Positions 1 through 12,388 of a stretch of DNA of 64,000 nucleotides are shown piece after piece. This DNA is from Vulcanimicrobiota bacterium. Its GTDB lineage: Bacteria > Vulcanimicrobiota > Vulcanimicrobiia > Eremiobacterales > Eremiobacteraceae. The stretch is taken from contig CAWDVP010000002.1 of assembly GCA_963805945.1 (NCBI GenBank), positions 128,001 through 192,000 on the forward strand. The letters are read 5' to 3'. The translations under genes and the position numbers were made by a program. Every line of letters begins with the position of its first letter. Within the stretch, counting starts at the first letter, position 1. Below the pieces are notes generated by a model that ran no database searches, was not told the origin of the DNA, and saw only the letters and a program-made list of their open reading frames with translations.

Positions 1-783
1 ATCCTCATCTTCGCGATCGCGTATTCGAACCTCGTGCTCGGCATGGCGGACGTGCATACGGCGCAAGGGCGCCACGCCGATGTACGCGTTTCTCGGCAAC
101 ACCGTCAACAACGACAAGGCGGTCGCGGTGCTGGCGGGCTTCATCCCGATCCTCGGCACGATCTTCACGCTCTACGTGCCGCTGCTCGGCGCGTTCCTGC
201 TCATGATATCGAGCAACTCAGGCGTGTACGGCGCGTCGCGCATCGCCTATTCGATGGGCAACCTCGGGCTGCTGCCCTCGATCTTCCAAGTCACCCATCC
301 CAAGATGCGCACGCCCGTCTTCTCGATCGTCGTCTTCTCAGTCCGTCGCGATCGTGGAACTGGTCGCGCCTTCTTGCAGGGCGACCAAGCGCTCAACTTC
401 TTGGCCGACCTCTACGCCTTCGGCGCCGCGCTGTCATACACGCTGGTCTTCGTCGCGCTCATCACGTTGCGGTTCACCGACCGGGCGGCGCCGCGGCCGT
501 ACAAGAGTCCGGGCAACGTGCCGCTCACGGTCAACGGCCACAAGGGGACGCTCTCGATCGTCTCCGTGTTCGGCCTGTTCGGCATCTTCGCGATCCTGAT
601 ATTCACGCTGCTCACGCACCCGGTCGGCCGCATCGCCGGACCGTCATGGGTGATCTTCGGCATCTTGGTGTACGCGCTGTACCGCAAACACGCCGGTCGG
701 CCGATCTTCGGCAGCACCGACCACGAGTGGCCGAAACGCCAGAAGCAGATCCTCGCGAAGGCGGGCGAGCTGGAGATGCTCGA

Positions 784-2551
<1,768 letters not shown>

Positions 2552-2669
2552 TGCGTATCTCCACAAAGTTGCACGGCCGGCACGTTCCCGCACCAGCCGC
2601 ACTTCTGCTGTTCAAGAAGGTTTGCCCCGGCCGGGGGTTTGTCCTCGGCGTCTGCGAACGTGAGGCCGT

Positions 2670-3476
2670 ATGCCGAGCGGTCAACCCTCCGCACCGCCGC
2701 CCATCGACGCTGTGGCTCTTGCCACAGGCGTCGCGAAATTGCCCCGCTTCGGGAAGGTCCGCTATCTCGAAAGCGCCGAGTCAACCAATGCGAGCGCGCT
2801 CGCGCTCTTCGAGGACGACGCGGCGCGCGGTCTGTCGCTCGTAGCGGAGGTGCAGACCGCCGGTCATGGCCGCGCCGGCCGCGCGTGGCTTTCCCCGCCC
2901 GGCAGCGGCGTCCTCATCTCCACCATTTTGCCCGACGACTTGCCCCACGAGACGCTGCCTGCGCTCGGTTTCTGGACCGGCCTGTGCGCCGCCGACGCCG
3001 TCGCGCAGACGTGCAACGTCTGGCCCACCTTGAAATGGCCCAACGACCTCATGATCGGTCCGGCGAAGACGGCCGGCATCCTCGTCGAAGGACGCACCCT
3101 TGGCGCGTTCACGCGCGCCGTGACCGGCGTCGGCATCAACGTGAATCGACCCGTCAAGGCGGAGGCGGAGCTCGACGGCATCGCCGCCTGGCTGTCGGAC
3201 GCCGCAGGCGCGCCGGTCGACCGGACGACGCTCACGATCGCGCTCGTGCACGCATATGAGGAGCGTTACGATGATCTCTTGGCCCGGCCCGTCGAGGTGA
3301 TCCGCGAGTGGGCGCGGCGTTCTGCGGTCGCGGGCCGTCGCTTGCGCGTGCACAGCGCGAATGGGGCGCTATTGCATGAAGGCACGGCGCGCAGCATCGC
3401 GGATGACGGCGCGTTGCTCATGGACACGCAAGACGGACCGGTGACGGTCCGTCTTGGGGATGTATCCGCGTTGTAG
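2670..3476 (+). CDS. birA: Biotin-[acetyl-CoA carboxylase] ligase, no N-terminal HTH
   Basis: STN, QTAGHGRAGRAW, LKWPNDL, KTAGIL, GVGIN motifs. Confidence 0.93.
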   Translation: MPSGQPSAPPPIDAVALATGVAKLPRFGKVRYLESAESTNASALALFEDDAARGLSLVAEVQTAGHGRAGRAWLSPPGSGVLISTILPDDLPHETLPALGFWTGLCAADAVAQTCNVWPTLKWPNDLMIGPAKTAGILVEGRTLGAFTRAVTGVGINVNRPVKAEAELDGIAAWLSDAAGAPVDRTTLTIALVHAYEERYDDLLARPVEVIREWARRSAVAGRRLRVHSANGALLHEGTARSIADDGALLMDTQDGPVTVRLGDVSAL

Positions 3477-3491
3477 CCTGTTGCTCGTCAG

Positions 3492-4520
3492 TTAGTGGAG
3501 AGCGACACCGCCGACGCAATTCGACGCGGTGATGTTCGCGTCGACGTACGCCGCCGTTGGCGCAAGCGTCGCGCTGAAGGCCTGCGAGGCGATCGGATAC
3601 ACGTAGATGTGCGCTGTTCCCGCGCCGCCGCAATCGGCGTCGAAGATGTTGCCGGCGGTGTCGAACGCGAACTGTTCAGGGAACCAGCCGGTGGTCATGC
3701 CGGTGGAGTTGTATACGTTGGGAACCGCCGCAGCGGCGAGATTGGTGCTCAGATACTGCGCGATGCCGCCGTTCGGAGACGCGAGCGTGCTCCCCGCGTA
3801 CAGGTTGCCTGAACGGTCAAAACCGATCGCCTCCGCCTGGGCCGGACCGTTGAGGACATGGTCGAGCGCCGTCGCATTGGTGAAGCCCGTCCCCTTGAGG
3901 AACACGCCCACCGAATTGGTGCCTGAGTTGCCCTCGCAGCCTACATACAGGTTCCCGGCGGTGTCCCAGCCGAGACCCTCGGGGCGTGCACATATGCCCG
4001 AGGCGATCGTCACTGCCGGCACCAGCGTGGTCGTCGCGGTGAAGGGTCCGGTGAACTCGTACACGGTGTTCGTATTGGTGGAGGACACCCACAGGTCACC
4101 GGCTGAGTCGAAGTTCATGTTGAACGGATTGACCGAGGCCGCGGGCAGCGACAGGGTGAAGAGCGGCGTGCTCGTCGCCGACAATGGTAGCGAGTACACC
4201 GGAATCGTGCTCGTGGCCGGCGAGTTGTCATTCAACACGAAAAGCCGGCCGGAGCCGTCGACCAGCAGCGCGCTTGGATCGACCAGTCCGTTGGCGGCGG
4301 AGTTGTTGAGCGTCAACGCGGGCGTCGAAGTGTTCGTGAGCGGGTAAGCGACCACGCCGATGCCCGCGGCCCCGACGGTGCTGCTGAACGTCGAATAGTA
4401 GACGAAGCTCGGCGCCGGCGGAGGGGTGGGCGACGGCGAGGTGGATTTCGTGCTGCAGCCTGCGATCGCCGGAAGCGAGGCAAGCGCGAGCGCGAGAAAC
4501 GTCATGCGGACCGAAGTCAT
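3492..4520 (-). CDS. NHL/beta-propeller repeat lipoprotein
   Basis: Lipobox IAGC; repeated D-x-x-G-[N/D/R]-L-[Y/W/F]-V blades; AAGGAG RBS. Confidence 0.75.
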   Translation of the reverse strand: MTSVRMTFLALALASLPAIAGCSTKSTSPSPTPPPAPSFVYYSTFSSTVGAAGIGVVAYPLTNTSTPALTLNNSAANGLVDPSALLVDGSGRLFVLNDNSPATSTIPVYSLPLSATSTPLFTLSLPAASVNPFNMNFDSAGDLWVSSTNTNTVYEFTGPFTATTTLVPAVTIASGICARPEGLGWDTAGNLYVGCEGNSGTNSVGVFLKGTGFTNATALDHVLNGPAQAEAIGFDRSGNLYAGSTLASPNGGIAQYLSTNLAAAAVPNVYNSTGMTTGWFPEQFAFDTAGNIFDADCGGAGTAHIYVYPIASQAFSATLAPTAAYVDANITASNCVGGVALH

Positions 4521-4564
4521 TCGATGCTCCTTACCTTGGTGTGGGTCAGCGAGGGGGGTCGGAT

Positions 4565-4596
4565 GCAAAGACGGACCGGCGACGATCCGTCTTTGC
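4565..4596. terminator. Stem-loop between the two lipoprotein paralogs
   Basis: gcaaagacgga-N10-tccgtctttgc, 11-bp perfect stem; no clear U-tract. Confidence 0.45.
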
Positions 4597-4615
4597 GTTG
4601 TCGCGGTGTTGTGGG

Positions 4616-5519
4616 TTATGGCCCGAAGCGTATGCCGTTCGCGTTGACGTTAGGAATTAAAAACGCGGCCGTGCTCGCAGCCGACAGCGGTGCCATGTAG
4701 ACGCTGGTGCCGACGCCAGCGCCACCTGACGAGACGTACAGATTTCCGGCTGCATCTAGGGCCGGGTATTCGGCGCCTGCCGAAGGGATCGTCAGCGCTG
4801 GCGTGCTCGTGTTGGTGAACGGCGGCGTGAACTTCTGGACGTTCGCCCCATTGCCCACCCACAGGTTGCCGCTCGAATCCACAGCGATACCAAATGCGCC
4901 GACGTCGGGGACCTTCACCGCCGGCGCGCTCGTGTTCGTGAATGGCGGGTTGTAGATCGCGACGTAGTTGTTGGCATTGTCGGCGACGTAGAGGTTGCCG
5001 CCCGCGATCTTCACACCTGCGGGACTGGAAAGCCCAGTGACAATCGTGACGGCGACGGTGCTTGCAGCGCTCAAAGGCGCGTTGAAGATCTGCACGGATG
5101 GCACCGACCTGTTCGCGAGGTACAGGTTCCCGGTCGAGTCGACATCAACACCTTCGTTCCCTCCGGCGTCCGCGAAGGAGAACGTGGCCGTGCTCGTGTT
5201 GGTGAACGGGGGTGTGAAGACGTCGATCTTGCTCTGGTTGAAATTGCTGGCGTAGAGCTTGCCGCTCGAATCGAAGGCGATATCGGCGACGTCGGTCGAC
5301 GTGCCGTCTTGGAACGCCACGGCGGGTACCGACGCGGCCGAGAACGGCGGCGCAAAGATCTGCACCACGCCGGATCCGCCGTCGTTCGCCACGTAAAGGC
5401 GGACCATGGGGGAATGGCGTCGGCGTAGGCGTCGGAGTAGTCGTCGACGAGCTGCAGCCCGCGACTACTGGAAGCGATGCGAGCGCAAGTGCGAGAAACA
5501 GTTTGCGGACCGAAATCAT
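4616..5519 (-). CDS. NHL/beta-propeller repeat lipoprotein; frameshift at G5 run 5408-5412
   Basis: Signal peptide with VAGC lipobox from ATG 5519 continues after a one-base shift into ORF 4616-5407 with DSSGNL[YW]V and PPFTNTS repeats. Confidence 0.75.
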
Positions 5520-5705
5520 ACGATGCTCCTTATCGACTGTTGACCAGCGCCGGCGATGATGCCGCTTGCGTGCGGCGCATTGAGAAAACCGGACAAGCAA
5601 GCGCGACGACCTGTTGATATTCCATCGGCTCGATCGCCCTCGGGGACCAGTGCCGGTGACGGGGCTCACGGGCAACGGGGCGCCTGCTCGGCCGCCGGTG
5701 GCCGT

Positions 5706-6567
5706 CTACAGCTGCGTGGCGAACGCTTGCTCCGCGTGGTAGGAAGACCGGACCAGCGGCCCCGACACGACCTGGTGGTAGCCCATCGGCTTTATCCGCT
5801 CGGCGAACCAGCGGAACTTCTCGGGCGTCACGAATTCCACTCACCGCGAGATGCCGCTTCGTCGGCTGCAGATATTGCCCTAGAGTCAAGATGTCCGCAC
5901 CCACGGCGCGCAGGTCGCGGGCAGCCTGGAGCACGTCCTCGTCGGTTTCGCCAAGACCGAGCATGATGCCCGACTTGGTGAACATGTCGGGGCGCATCGC
6001 CTTCGCCTCGCGCAGCACGCCGAGGGACTGGTCGTAACCGCAACGGCGATCGCGCACGTGCGGAGTGAGCACGCGCGTCGTCTCGATGTTGTGCGCGAAG
6101 ACATCCGGCGTGGCGTCGATCACCTTCGCGAGCGCCGCGACGTCGCCGCGATAGTCGGAGGTGAGCACTTCGACCTTGACGTGCGGCGTGCGATGGCGGA
6201 TCGCGCGGATCGCGTCTGCCATCTGCTGCGCACCGCCGTCCGGCAGATCGTCGCGGTCGACGCACGTGATCACCGCATAGTTGAGGCGCAGGTCCTCGAT
6301 GGATTTCGCGAGCTTCATCGACTCGAGCGGATCGAGCTCGTAGGGCTTGCCCGTCTTCACGTTGCAGAAGCGGCAGCCGCGCGTGCAGGTGTCGCCCAAG
6401 ATCATGAACGTCGCGGTGCCGACGCCCCAGCACTCGGCGATGTTCGGGCACATCGCCTCTTGGCAGACGGTGTGCAGACCGCGGTCCTTGACGATGCCGC
6501 GCAGCTTCACGTAGTTGTCGCCGGCGGGAAGTTCGACTTTGAGCCACTCGGGCTTTCGCGCGATCAC
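5706..6567 (-). CDS. lipA: Lipoyl synthase; frameshift near 5838
   Basis: [26 protein letters not shown]; the shifted frame gives EFVTPEKF...[10 protein letters not shown] ending TAG at 5706. Confidence 0.93.
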
Positions 6568-7268
6568 TAGACCACTTCGCGACGGTCGAATGAATTCGAC
6601 CGCTCCAGAGGTTCGTCGAGCGGCGCGTCGGTGAGGTCGAGTTCGAATACGTCTGCCATAGCCGTGCGAACGGGAGCTTTCGCGTCGTCGACGCTCACTT
6701 CCCCGCCCGTCTGCGCGCTGATCGAGGTGACCGCCACGTCCGGCATGCCGCACGGGTTGATAAGCCGGAAGTAGTCGAGATCGGTGCACACGTCGAGCGC
6801 GAGGCCGTGATACGTGACGCCACGCTTCACCGCGGCGCCGATGGACGCGATCTTCGCGCCGCCTACGAACACGCCCGCGTGGTCGGGGCGCTGCTCGCCT
6901 GCGATGCCGAACGTCTCGAGCGCGTCCACGATGGCGCGCTCCATCTTGCGCACGAAGTTCTGCACTTCGCGCAGGCGCGGCAGTTTGAAGATCGGATACA
7001 CGACGAGCTGACCTGGTCCGTGGTAGGTCAGGTCGCCGCCGCGCTCGACGTCGAAGTAATGCACGCCGCGCCGGTCCAGCTCATCCTGGGAGACGAGCAG
7101 GTTCTGGCCCTTGCCCGACTTGCCCATGGTGAGCACCGGCGGATGTTCGCAGAACAGCAGCGTGTCCGGCCGCTCGTCGGCGATGCGCTCGGCGAGCAGG
7201 CGCAGCTGGAGGTCCCACGCTTCTTTATAATCGATGCGCCCGAGGTCTGCGAAAATCGCCTGCGTCAT
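6567..7268 (-). CDS. lipB: Lipoyl(octanoyl) transferase
   Basis: EHPPVLTMG, RGGDLTYHGPGQLV, KIASIG, HGLAL, INPCG. Confidence 0.95.
   Translation of the reverse strand: MTQAIFADLGRIDYKEAWDLQLRLLAERIADERPDTLLFCEHPPVLTMGKSGKGQNLLVSQDELDRRGVHYFDVERGGDLTYHGPGQLVVYPIFKLPRLREVQNFVRKMERAIVDALETFGIAGEQRPDHAGVFVGGAKIASIGAAVKRGVTYHGLALDVCTDLDYFRLINPCGMPDVAVTSISAQTGGEVSVDDAKAPVRTAMADVFELDLTDAPLDEPLERSNSFDRREVV
6581..6609 (-). repeat. REP-like palindrome, GGAG class, inside the lipB 3' end
   Basis: Minus strand TGGAG-CGGTCGAAT-TC-ATTCGACCG; 29/29 identical to 40665-40693. Confidence 0.85.
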
Positions 7269-7298
7269 GAACGGTGAGCCGACTGATCGCCGAGGGAA

Positions 7299-8714
7299 TC
7301 AGGCCTTGACCGGCGCATTGGCGATATGGATCGCCTTGCCGTGCAGCGCTTCGGCGGCTTCCATGATCGGTTCTGAGAACGTCGGGTGCGGGTGCATGGT
7401 GAGGCCGATGTCCTCCACCGTCGCTCCCATCTCGATCGCCAGCGCACCTTCGGCGATCATCGCCTCCGCCATCGGCGAGAAGATGGCCATGCCGAGCACG
7501 AGGTCGGTCTTCTTGTCTGCGATGATCTTGACGAGACCGTCGCTCAGGCCCACCGTGCGCGCGCGTCCGAGCGCCGCTAAACGGAACTTGCCCACCGAGA
7601 TCTCATAACCGGCCGCCTTGGCCTGTTCTTCGGACAGGCCTACGGTGGCGACTTGCGGGTCGGTGTAGACGCAGTTGGGCACCGCCATCGGATCGTAGGC
7701 CGACGGCAACCCCGCGATGACCTCGGCGGCTGCGATGCCTTCCTTCATGGCCTTGTGCGCGAGCAGCGGTGCGCCGCTGCAATCGCCGATGGCGTAGACG
7801 TTCGGCACGTTCGTCTGCCGCTTCTCGTTCACGGGGATGAAGCCGCGTTCCATGGTCACGCCGATGCCCTCGAGCCCGAGCTTGGCGGTGCGCGCGCGTC
7901 GCCCGACCGCGACGAGCACCTTGTCGAAATCCATCGGTTCGGCGATCTCGCCGTCGAAGGTCACACGCACGCGTTTGCCGATCTCGGCGACCTTGACCGC
8001 TTTGGTCTTGAGGAAGATGTCGATGCCCTGCTTCTGCTTGAGCGTGCGCACCAGCAGATTCGAGATCTCAAGATCGGTGTCGGCGAGCGCGTGGTCGGCC
8101 ATCTCGACGACCGTCACCTCGGCGCCTAGGCGCTTGTAGATCGTCGCGAACTCGAGGCCGATGACGCCTGCGCCTAGGATCAGGATCGTCTTGGGCAGCT
8201 CGTGCAGCGCGACCGCGTCGTCGGAGTTGATGATCGTCGTGCTGTTGCGCTCGATGTCGGGCAGCGCGACGGGCTCCGAGCCGGTGGCGATGATGAGGTT
8301 GTCGGCGTTGATCTGCTCGGCGCGGCCATCAGACTTCTTCACGCGCACGGAGTTCTTGTCGCCGATCTCCACGTCGCCCGTGATGTACTCGACCTTGTTC
8401 ACCTTGAACAGGGTGGCGATGCCGTTGACCAGGTCGTCGATCATCTTCGACTTCCACTTGTTGAGCTGGTCGAGGTGGATGCGCGGCGCGCCGCCGAAAT
8501 CGATGCCCATCGCCTTGACGTCGTTCGCCGCGGCGATGATCTCGCCGACGTGCAGCAACGCCTTGCTCGGCATGCATCCCCAATTGAGGCAGACGCCGCC
8601 GAGCCGCTCGCGATCGATGCACAGGACGCTCTTGCCCAGCTGTGCGAGGCGGATCGCCGCGGTGTAACCGCCAGGCCCGCCGCCGATGACGATCGCGTCG
8701 TATTTGGTGGGCAC
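7299..8714 (-). CDS. lpdA: Dihydrolipoyl dehydrogenase (E3)
   Basis: GGGPGGY, GGVCLNWGCMPSK, GAGVIGLE, HPHPTFSE. Confidence 0.96.
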   Translation of the reverse strand: MPTKYDAIVIGGGPGGYTAAIRLAQLGKSVLCIDRERLGGVCLNWGCMPSKALLHVGEIIAAANDVKAMGIDFGGAPRIHLDQLNKWKSKMIDDLVNGIATLFKVNKVEYITGDVEIGDKNSVRVKKSDGRAEQINADNLIIATGSEPVALPDIERNSTTIINSDDAVALHELPKTILILGAGVIGLEFATIYKRLGAEVTVVEMADHALADTDLEISNLLVRTLKQKQGIDIFLKTKAVKVAEIGKRVRVTFDGEIAEPMDFDKVLVAVGRRARTAKLGLEGIGVTMERGFIPVNEKRQTNVPNVYAIGDCSGAPLLAHKAMKEGIAAAEVIAGLPSAYDPMAVPNCVYTDPQVATVGLSEEQAKAAGYEISVGKFRLAALGRARTVGLSDGLVKIIADKKTDLVLGMAIFSPMAEAMIAEGALAIEMGATVEDIGLTMHPHPTFSEPIMEAAEALHGKAIHIANAPVKA

Positions 8715-8715
8715 G

Positions 8716-10035
8716 CTAGCCGCCTTCCATGAGCATCACGTCGGGCGCTTGCAGCGCCGCCGCGACGTCTTTGACGAATTCCGCTGCGGTCGCGCCGTCC
8801 ACGACGCGGTGATCGAAGGAGATCGACAGGTAGGTCATCTGTCGGATCACGACGGCGCCGTCGCGCGCTACCGGGCGCGGCTGGATCGAGTGCGTGCCGA
8901 GGATGCCGACCTCCGGCCAGTTGATCACCGGGAAGGTGAACAAGCCGCCCACCGAGCCGACGTTGGTGATCGTGAACGTGCCGCCGCTGATCTCGTCGTG
9001 GGAGAGCTTGCCGGCGCGCGCCTTCTCCGCGAGCTCCGCGATCTCGATCGCGAGGTCGAAGATGGACTTGCGGTCGGCATGATGGATGACGGGTACGACC
9101 AGCCCGGCCTCGGTGTTCGCCGCGATGCCGACGTTGCAGTCCTTCTTGAGGACGATCTCGTGCTTGTCGTCGTCGAGCGAGGCGTTCATGAAGGGGTGGC
9201 GTTTGAGCGCCGCGCACGCCGCCTTGACGAAGAACGGCAGGTAGGTGAGCTTGATACCGCGCTCGGCGGCGGCTTCCTTGGCGCGCGCGCGCATGGCGAC
9301 GAGTTCGGTGACGTCGGCCTCGTCCACGTGCAGCGTGTGCGCCGCCGTCTGCTTGCTGTGCGCCATGTGCTCGGCGATGACGCGGCGCAGGCCGCGCAGC
9401 GGCACGCGCTCGGTGCCGCCCGAAGGCGCGTCGATCTGACGGCTGGCCGGACGCGCGGGCGCCGGCCGTTCGCCGGTCGCGCTCGCGACGCGCTCGATGT
9501 CTTCACGCCGGATCCGCCCGCCTTCGCCTGACCCGCGCACGGAACCGAGGTCGACGCCTTTTTCGCGCGCGAACTTGCGCACCGCGGGTGCGGCCATCGG
9601 CTTGCCGCCCGGGCCGAGAATGGCGGCTTCCGCCGACGCCAGCGCGCCGGGTTGGCCGTTGCCCGCCTTAGACTGCGTCGGTTTTGGGCCGACCTGAAAG
9701 TCGTCCCCTACAAGGCCGGCCGCTGCATCTGCCGACGCCGCGGGTTTTACCGCTGCGGTGAGCTTCACCGTGGGCGCGTGGTCATCGAGGGACTCGCCCT
9801 CTTTGCCGAAGATCGCGATCGGCTTGCCGATCGGCACGACCTCGCCTTCCTTGGCGACCTGCTTGAGCAGGATGCCCTCGTACGGCGACGGCACTTCGAC
9901 CGTGACCTTATCGGTCATGACCTCGACGAGCAGCTGGTCGAGCTTCACGTGTTCGCCCTCTTTGACCAACCACTTGACGATTTCGCCTTCGATGACCGAT
10001 TCGGCCAGTTCCGGCATCTCCAGTTCGACCGGCAT
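8716..10035 (-). CDS. 2-oxoacid dehydrogenase E2 (dihydrolipoamide acyltransferase)
   Basis: Lipoyl domain EVMTDKVTVEVPSP, E3-binding GSGEGGRI, catalytic FDHRVVDG. Confidence 0.95.
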   Translation of the reverse strand: MPVELEMPELAESVIEGEIVKWLVKEGEHVKLDQLLVEVMTDKVTVEVPSPYEGILLKQVAKEGEVVPIGKPIAIFGKEGESLDDHAPTVKLTAAVKPAASADAAAGLVGDDFQVGPKPTQSKAGNGQPGALASAEAAILGPGGKPMAAPAVRKFAREKGVDLGSVRGSGEGGRIRREDIERVASATGERPAPARPASRQIDAPSGGTERVPLRGLRRVIAEHMAHSKQTAAHTLHVDEADVTELVAMRARAKEAAAERGIKLTYLPFFVKAACAALKRHPFMNASLDDDKHEIVLKKDCNVGIAANTEAGLVVPVIHHADRKSIFDLAIEIAELAEKARAGKLSHDEISGGTFTITNVGSVGGLFTFPVINWPEVGILGTHSIQPRPVARDGAVVIRQMTYLSISFDHRVVDGATAAEFVKDVAAALQAPDVMLMEGG

Positions 10036-10047
10036 CTCACGTTCCTC

Positions 10048-10099
10048 CCCGAGCTGCGCTCGGGCACCATGAGCCGAACTGAAGTTCGGCCCCTACAGA
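10048..10099 (-). repeat. Composite of two REP-like palindromes
   Basis: cccgagc-tgc-gctcggg (compare 57776) plus minus-strand TGTAG-GGGCCGAAC-TTCA-GTTCGGC (compare 47593). Confidence 0.8.
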
Positions 10100-10102
10100 G
10101 AT

Positions 10103-11101
10103 CTAGAAGTTGAGCGTCTTCTTCACGGCGCGGATGACCCGCTCCGCATTCGGCATGTACGCCTTTTCGAGCGCGTACGGGAAGGGCGTATCCCAGCCCG
10201 TCACCCGCACGACCGGCCCTTCCAAGTATTCGAGCGCGTTCTCAGCGAGGAACGCGGCGATCTCACCCATGTAGCCGCCGATGCGCGGCGCCTCTTGTAC
10301 GAGCACCGCATGGCCCGTCTTGCTGACCGATGAGAGGATCGCCTCGGTGTCGTACGGCTGGAGCGTGCGCAGGTCGAGCACCTCGACGTCGACGCCTTCT
10401 TTTTCGAGCGCGGCGGCGGCTTCGAGCGCGGTCGGGATCATCGCGCCGTAGCCGATGACGGTGACGTGCTTGCCCGCGCGCGTGACGGCGGCCTTGCCGA
10501 GCGGCACCTCATACGGCCCTTCGGGCAGTTCCGTCTTCACCGCGCGATAGATCTTCTTCGGTTCCATGAACATGACGGGGTCGTTATCGCGGATGGACGC
10601 GATGAGCAGGCCCTTCGCGTCGTACGGATTGCTCGGCACGACGACCTTGATGCCCGGCGTGCTCACGTAGTAGGCCTCGGGGGACTGCGAGTGATAGTTG
10701 CCGCCGCGCACGCCGCCGCCGTAGGGCGAGCGCACCACCATCGGCACGCCGAACTGGCCGGCCGAACGATAGCGCATCTTCGCCGCTTCGGACACGAGCA
10801 TGTCGAAGCCGGGATAGAGGAAATCGATGAACTGGATCTCGGCGATCGGGCGCAGACCGTAGATCGCCATGCCGACCGCGGCGCCGATGATGCCCAACTC
10901 CGCCAGCGGCGTGTCGATGACGCGATCCTTGCCGAACATGTCGATGAGGCCTTCGGTCACCAGGAACACGCCGCCGCGCGGACCGATGTCCTCGCCCAGC
11001 GTCACGACGTTCTCGTCGCGCGTCATCTCGTCGATGAGCGCAGAGCGGAGCGCCTGCACCATCGTGTAGGTCTGCTTCTTCGCCACTTCCACCGTTGCCA
11101 T
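10103..11101 (-). CDS. 2-oxoacid dehydrogenase E1 beta
   Basis: GEDIG..GGVF, DTPLAE, EIQFIDF, HSQSPE. Confidence 0.95.
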   Translation of the reverse strand: MATVEVAKKQTYTMVQALRSALIDEMTRDENVVTLGEDIGPRGGVFLVTEGLIDMFGKDRVIDTPLAELGIIGAAVGMAIYGLRPIAEIQFIDFLYPGFDMLVSEAAKMRYRSAGQFGVPMVVRSPYGGGVRGGNYHSQSPEAYYVSTPGIKVVVPSNPYDAKGLLIASIRDNDPVMFMEPKKIYRAVKTELPEGPYEVPLGKAAVTRAGKHVTVIGYGAMIPTALEAAAALEKEGVDVEVLDLRTLQPYDTEAILSSVSKTGHAVLVQEAPRIGGYMGEIAAFLAENALEYLEGPVVRVTGWDTPFPYALEKAYMPNAERVIRAVKKTLNF

Positions 11102-11112
11102 ATCCAGCGCTC

Positions 11113-12213
11113 CTATGACACGCCGAGCTCGGCGGCCAGCTCTTTGCGCTCGGCCTCGAGGTGCGGGGTCAATTTCTCATACGTGTAGTCGAACACGGTA
11201 AGCGGATCCGGCACGGGGCTGGCTTCGGCTTCCGCCAGCGCGGCCGCGAGCTCCGCCTTGATCTCGTCCTGCAAGCGCTGCTCTTTCACGTCGTCCCACA
11301 GCTTCTTGCCGACGAGGAAGTTCTTGAAGCGCGTGATGGGGTCGCGCTGCGTGCGCCACATCTCGAGCTCGCCCTTCGGGCGGTAGCGCGAGTCGTCGTC
11401 CGCGGAGGAATGAGGGCCGTAGCGATAGGTGTACGACTCGATGAGGCTAGGGCCGCCGCCGGCGCGCGCCTTGTCGGCGCACAGTTTGGTGACGGCGTAC
11501 ACCGCGAGCACGTCGTTGCCGTCGACGAGATAGCCGTCCATGCCGTACGCCTTGGCCTTCTCGGCGATGGTCTTGGTGTGCGTCTGCTCCTCGAGCTTGA
11601 CCGAGATCGCGTATTGGTTGTTCTGGCAGAAGAATATGATCGGCGAGGTGTAGACGGCGGCGAAGTTGAGCCCGACGTGGAAGTCGCCCTCGCTCGTCGC
11701 GCCGTCGCCGAAGTAGCAGATGGTGACGTCTTTCTTCTTCTTGATATGCATCGCCATGGCGGTGCCGGTCGCCTCGCTGATCTGGTTGCCGACCGTGGAG
11801 GAGCCGGGCACGATGTGGAGGTCGTTGCGGCCGCTGCCGTGGGGCATCATGCGGCCCTGCGTGGGATCGAGCATGCGGCCGAGCACGTGGGCGAACCACT
11901 CCGCCGGGCGCAGTCCCTTCACGAGCATGCTGCCCTGCGAGCGGTGGTCGCCGAAGAGCCAGTCGTCTTTGGTGAGCGGCAGCGCGCTGCCGATCTGCGA
12001 GGCCTCTTGACCCGCGGTCTGCGCGTAGAAGCCGGCGCGCCCTTGGCGCACGAGGATATAGCCGCGGTCGTCGACCGCGCGGTTGAGCACCATCCAACGG
12101 TACATGACGAGCAGCTGCTCGTTCGTCAGATCGAGCGATGCGAGATCGCCCACCGGCCGCCCATCGTACTCCAAAAAGCGGATAGGCTTGTCCGTGAAGG
12201 GCTTGATGTCCAT
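11113..12213 (-). CDS. 2-oxoacid dehydrogenase E1 alpha, probably branched-chain (2-oxoisovalerate) type
   Basis: TPP motif GDGATSEG...[18 protein letters not shown] resembles the Thermus-type BCKDH alpha as I recall it; GGAGG upstream of ATG 12213. Confidence 0.9.
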   Translation of the reverse strand: MDIKPFTDKPIRFLEYDGRPVGDLASLDLTNEQLLVMYRWMVLNRAVDDRGYILVRQGRAGFYAQTAGQEASQIGSALPLTKDDWLFGDHRSQGSMLVKGLRPAEWFAHVLGRMLDPTQGRMMPHGSGRNDLHIVPGSSTVGNQISEATGTAMAMHIKKKKDVTICYFGDGATSEGDFHVGLNFAAVYTSPIIFFCQNNQYAISVKLEEQTHTKTIAEKAKAYGMDGYLVDGNDVLAVYAVTKLCADKARAGGGPSLIESYTYRYGPHSSADDDSRYRPKGELEMWRTQRDPITRFKNFLVGKKLWDDVKEQRLQDEIKAELAAALAEAEASPVPDPLTVFDYTYEKLTPHLEAERKELAAELGVS

Positions 12214-12388
12214 GAAAAAGGGCCTCCGAAGTGCTATTACGTCGAATTCCGCCTTCTTTGGATATCGGCCATTCCCTCCGCCATTCGGAAGTCCGGCAGG
12301 CAGAGGTCGGGTGGGTGCGGGCGGCATATCCCTCTGCTGAATTATTGTTTTCGCTGCGTGGGAGTATAGGCATCCCAGGAGGTCAGAT

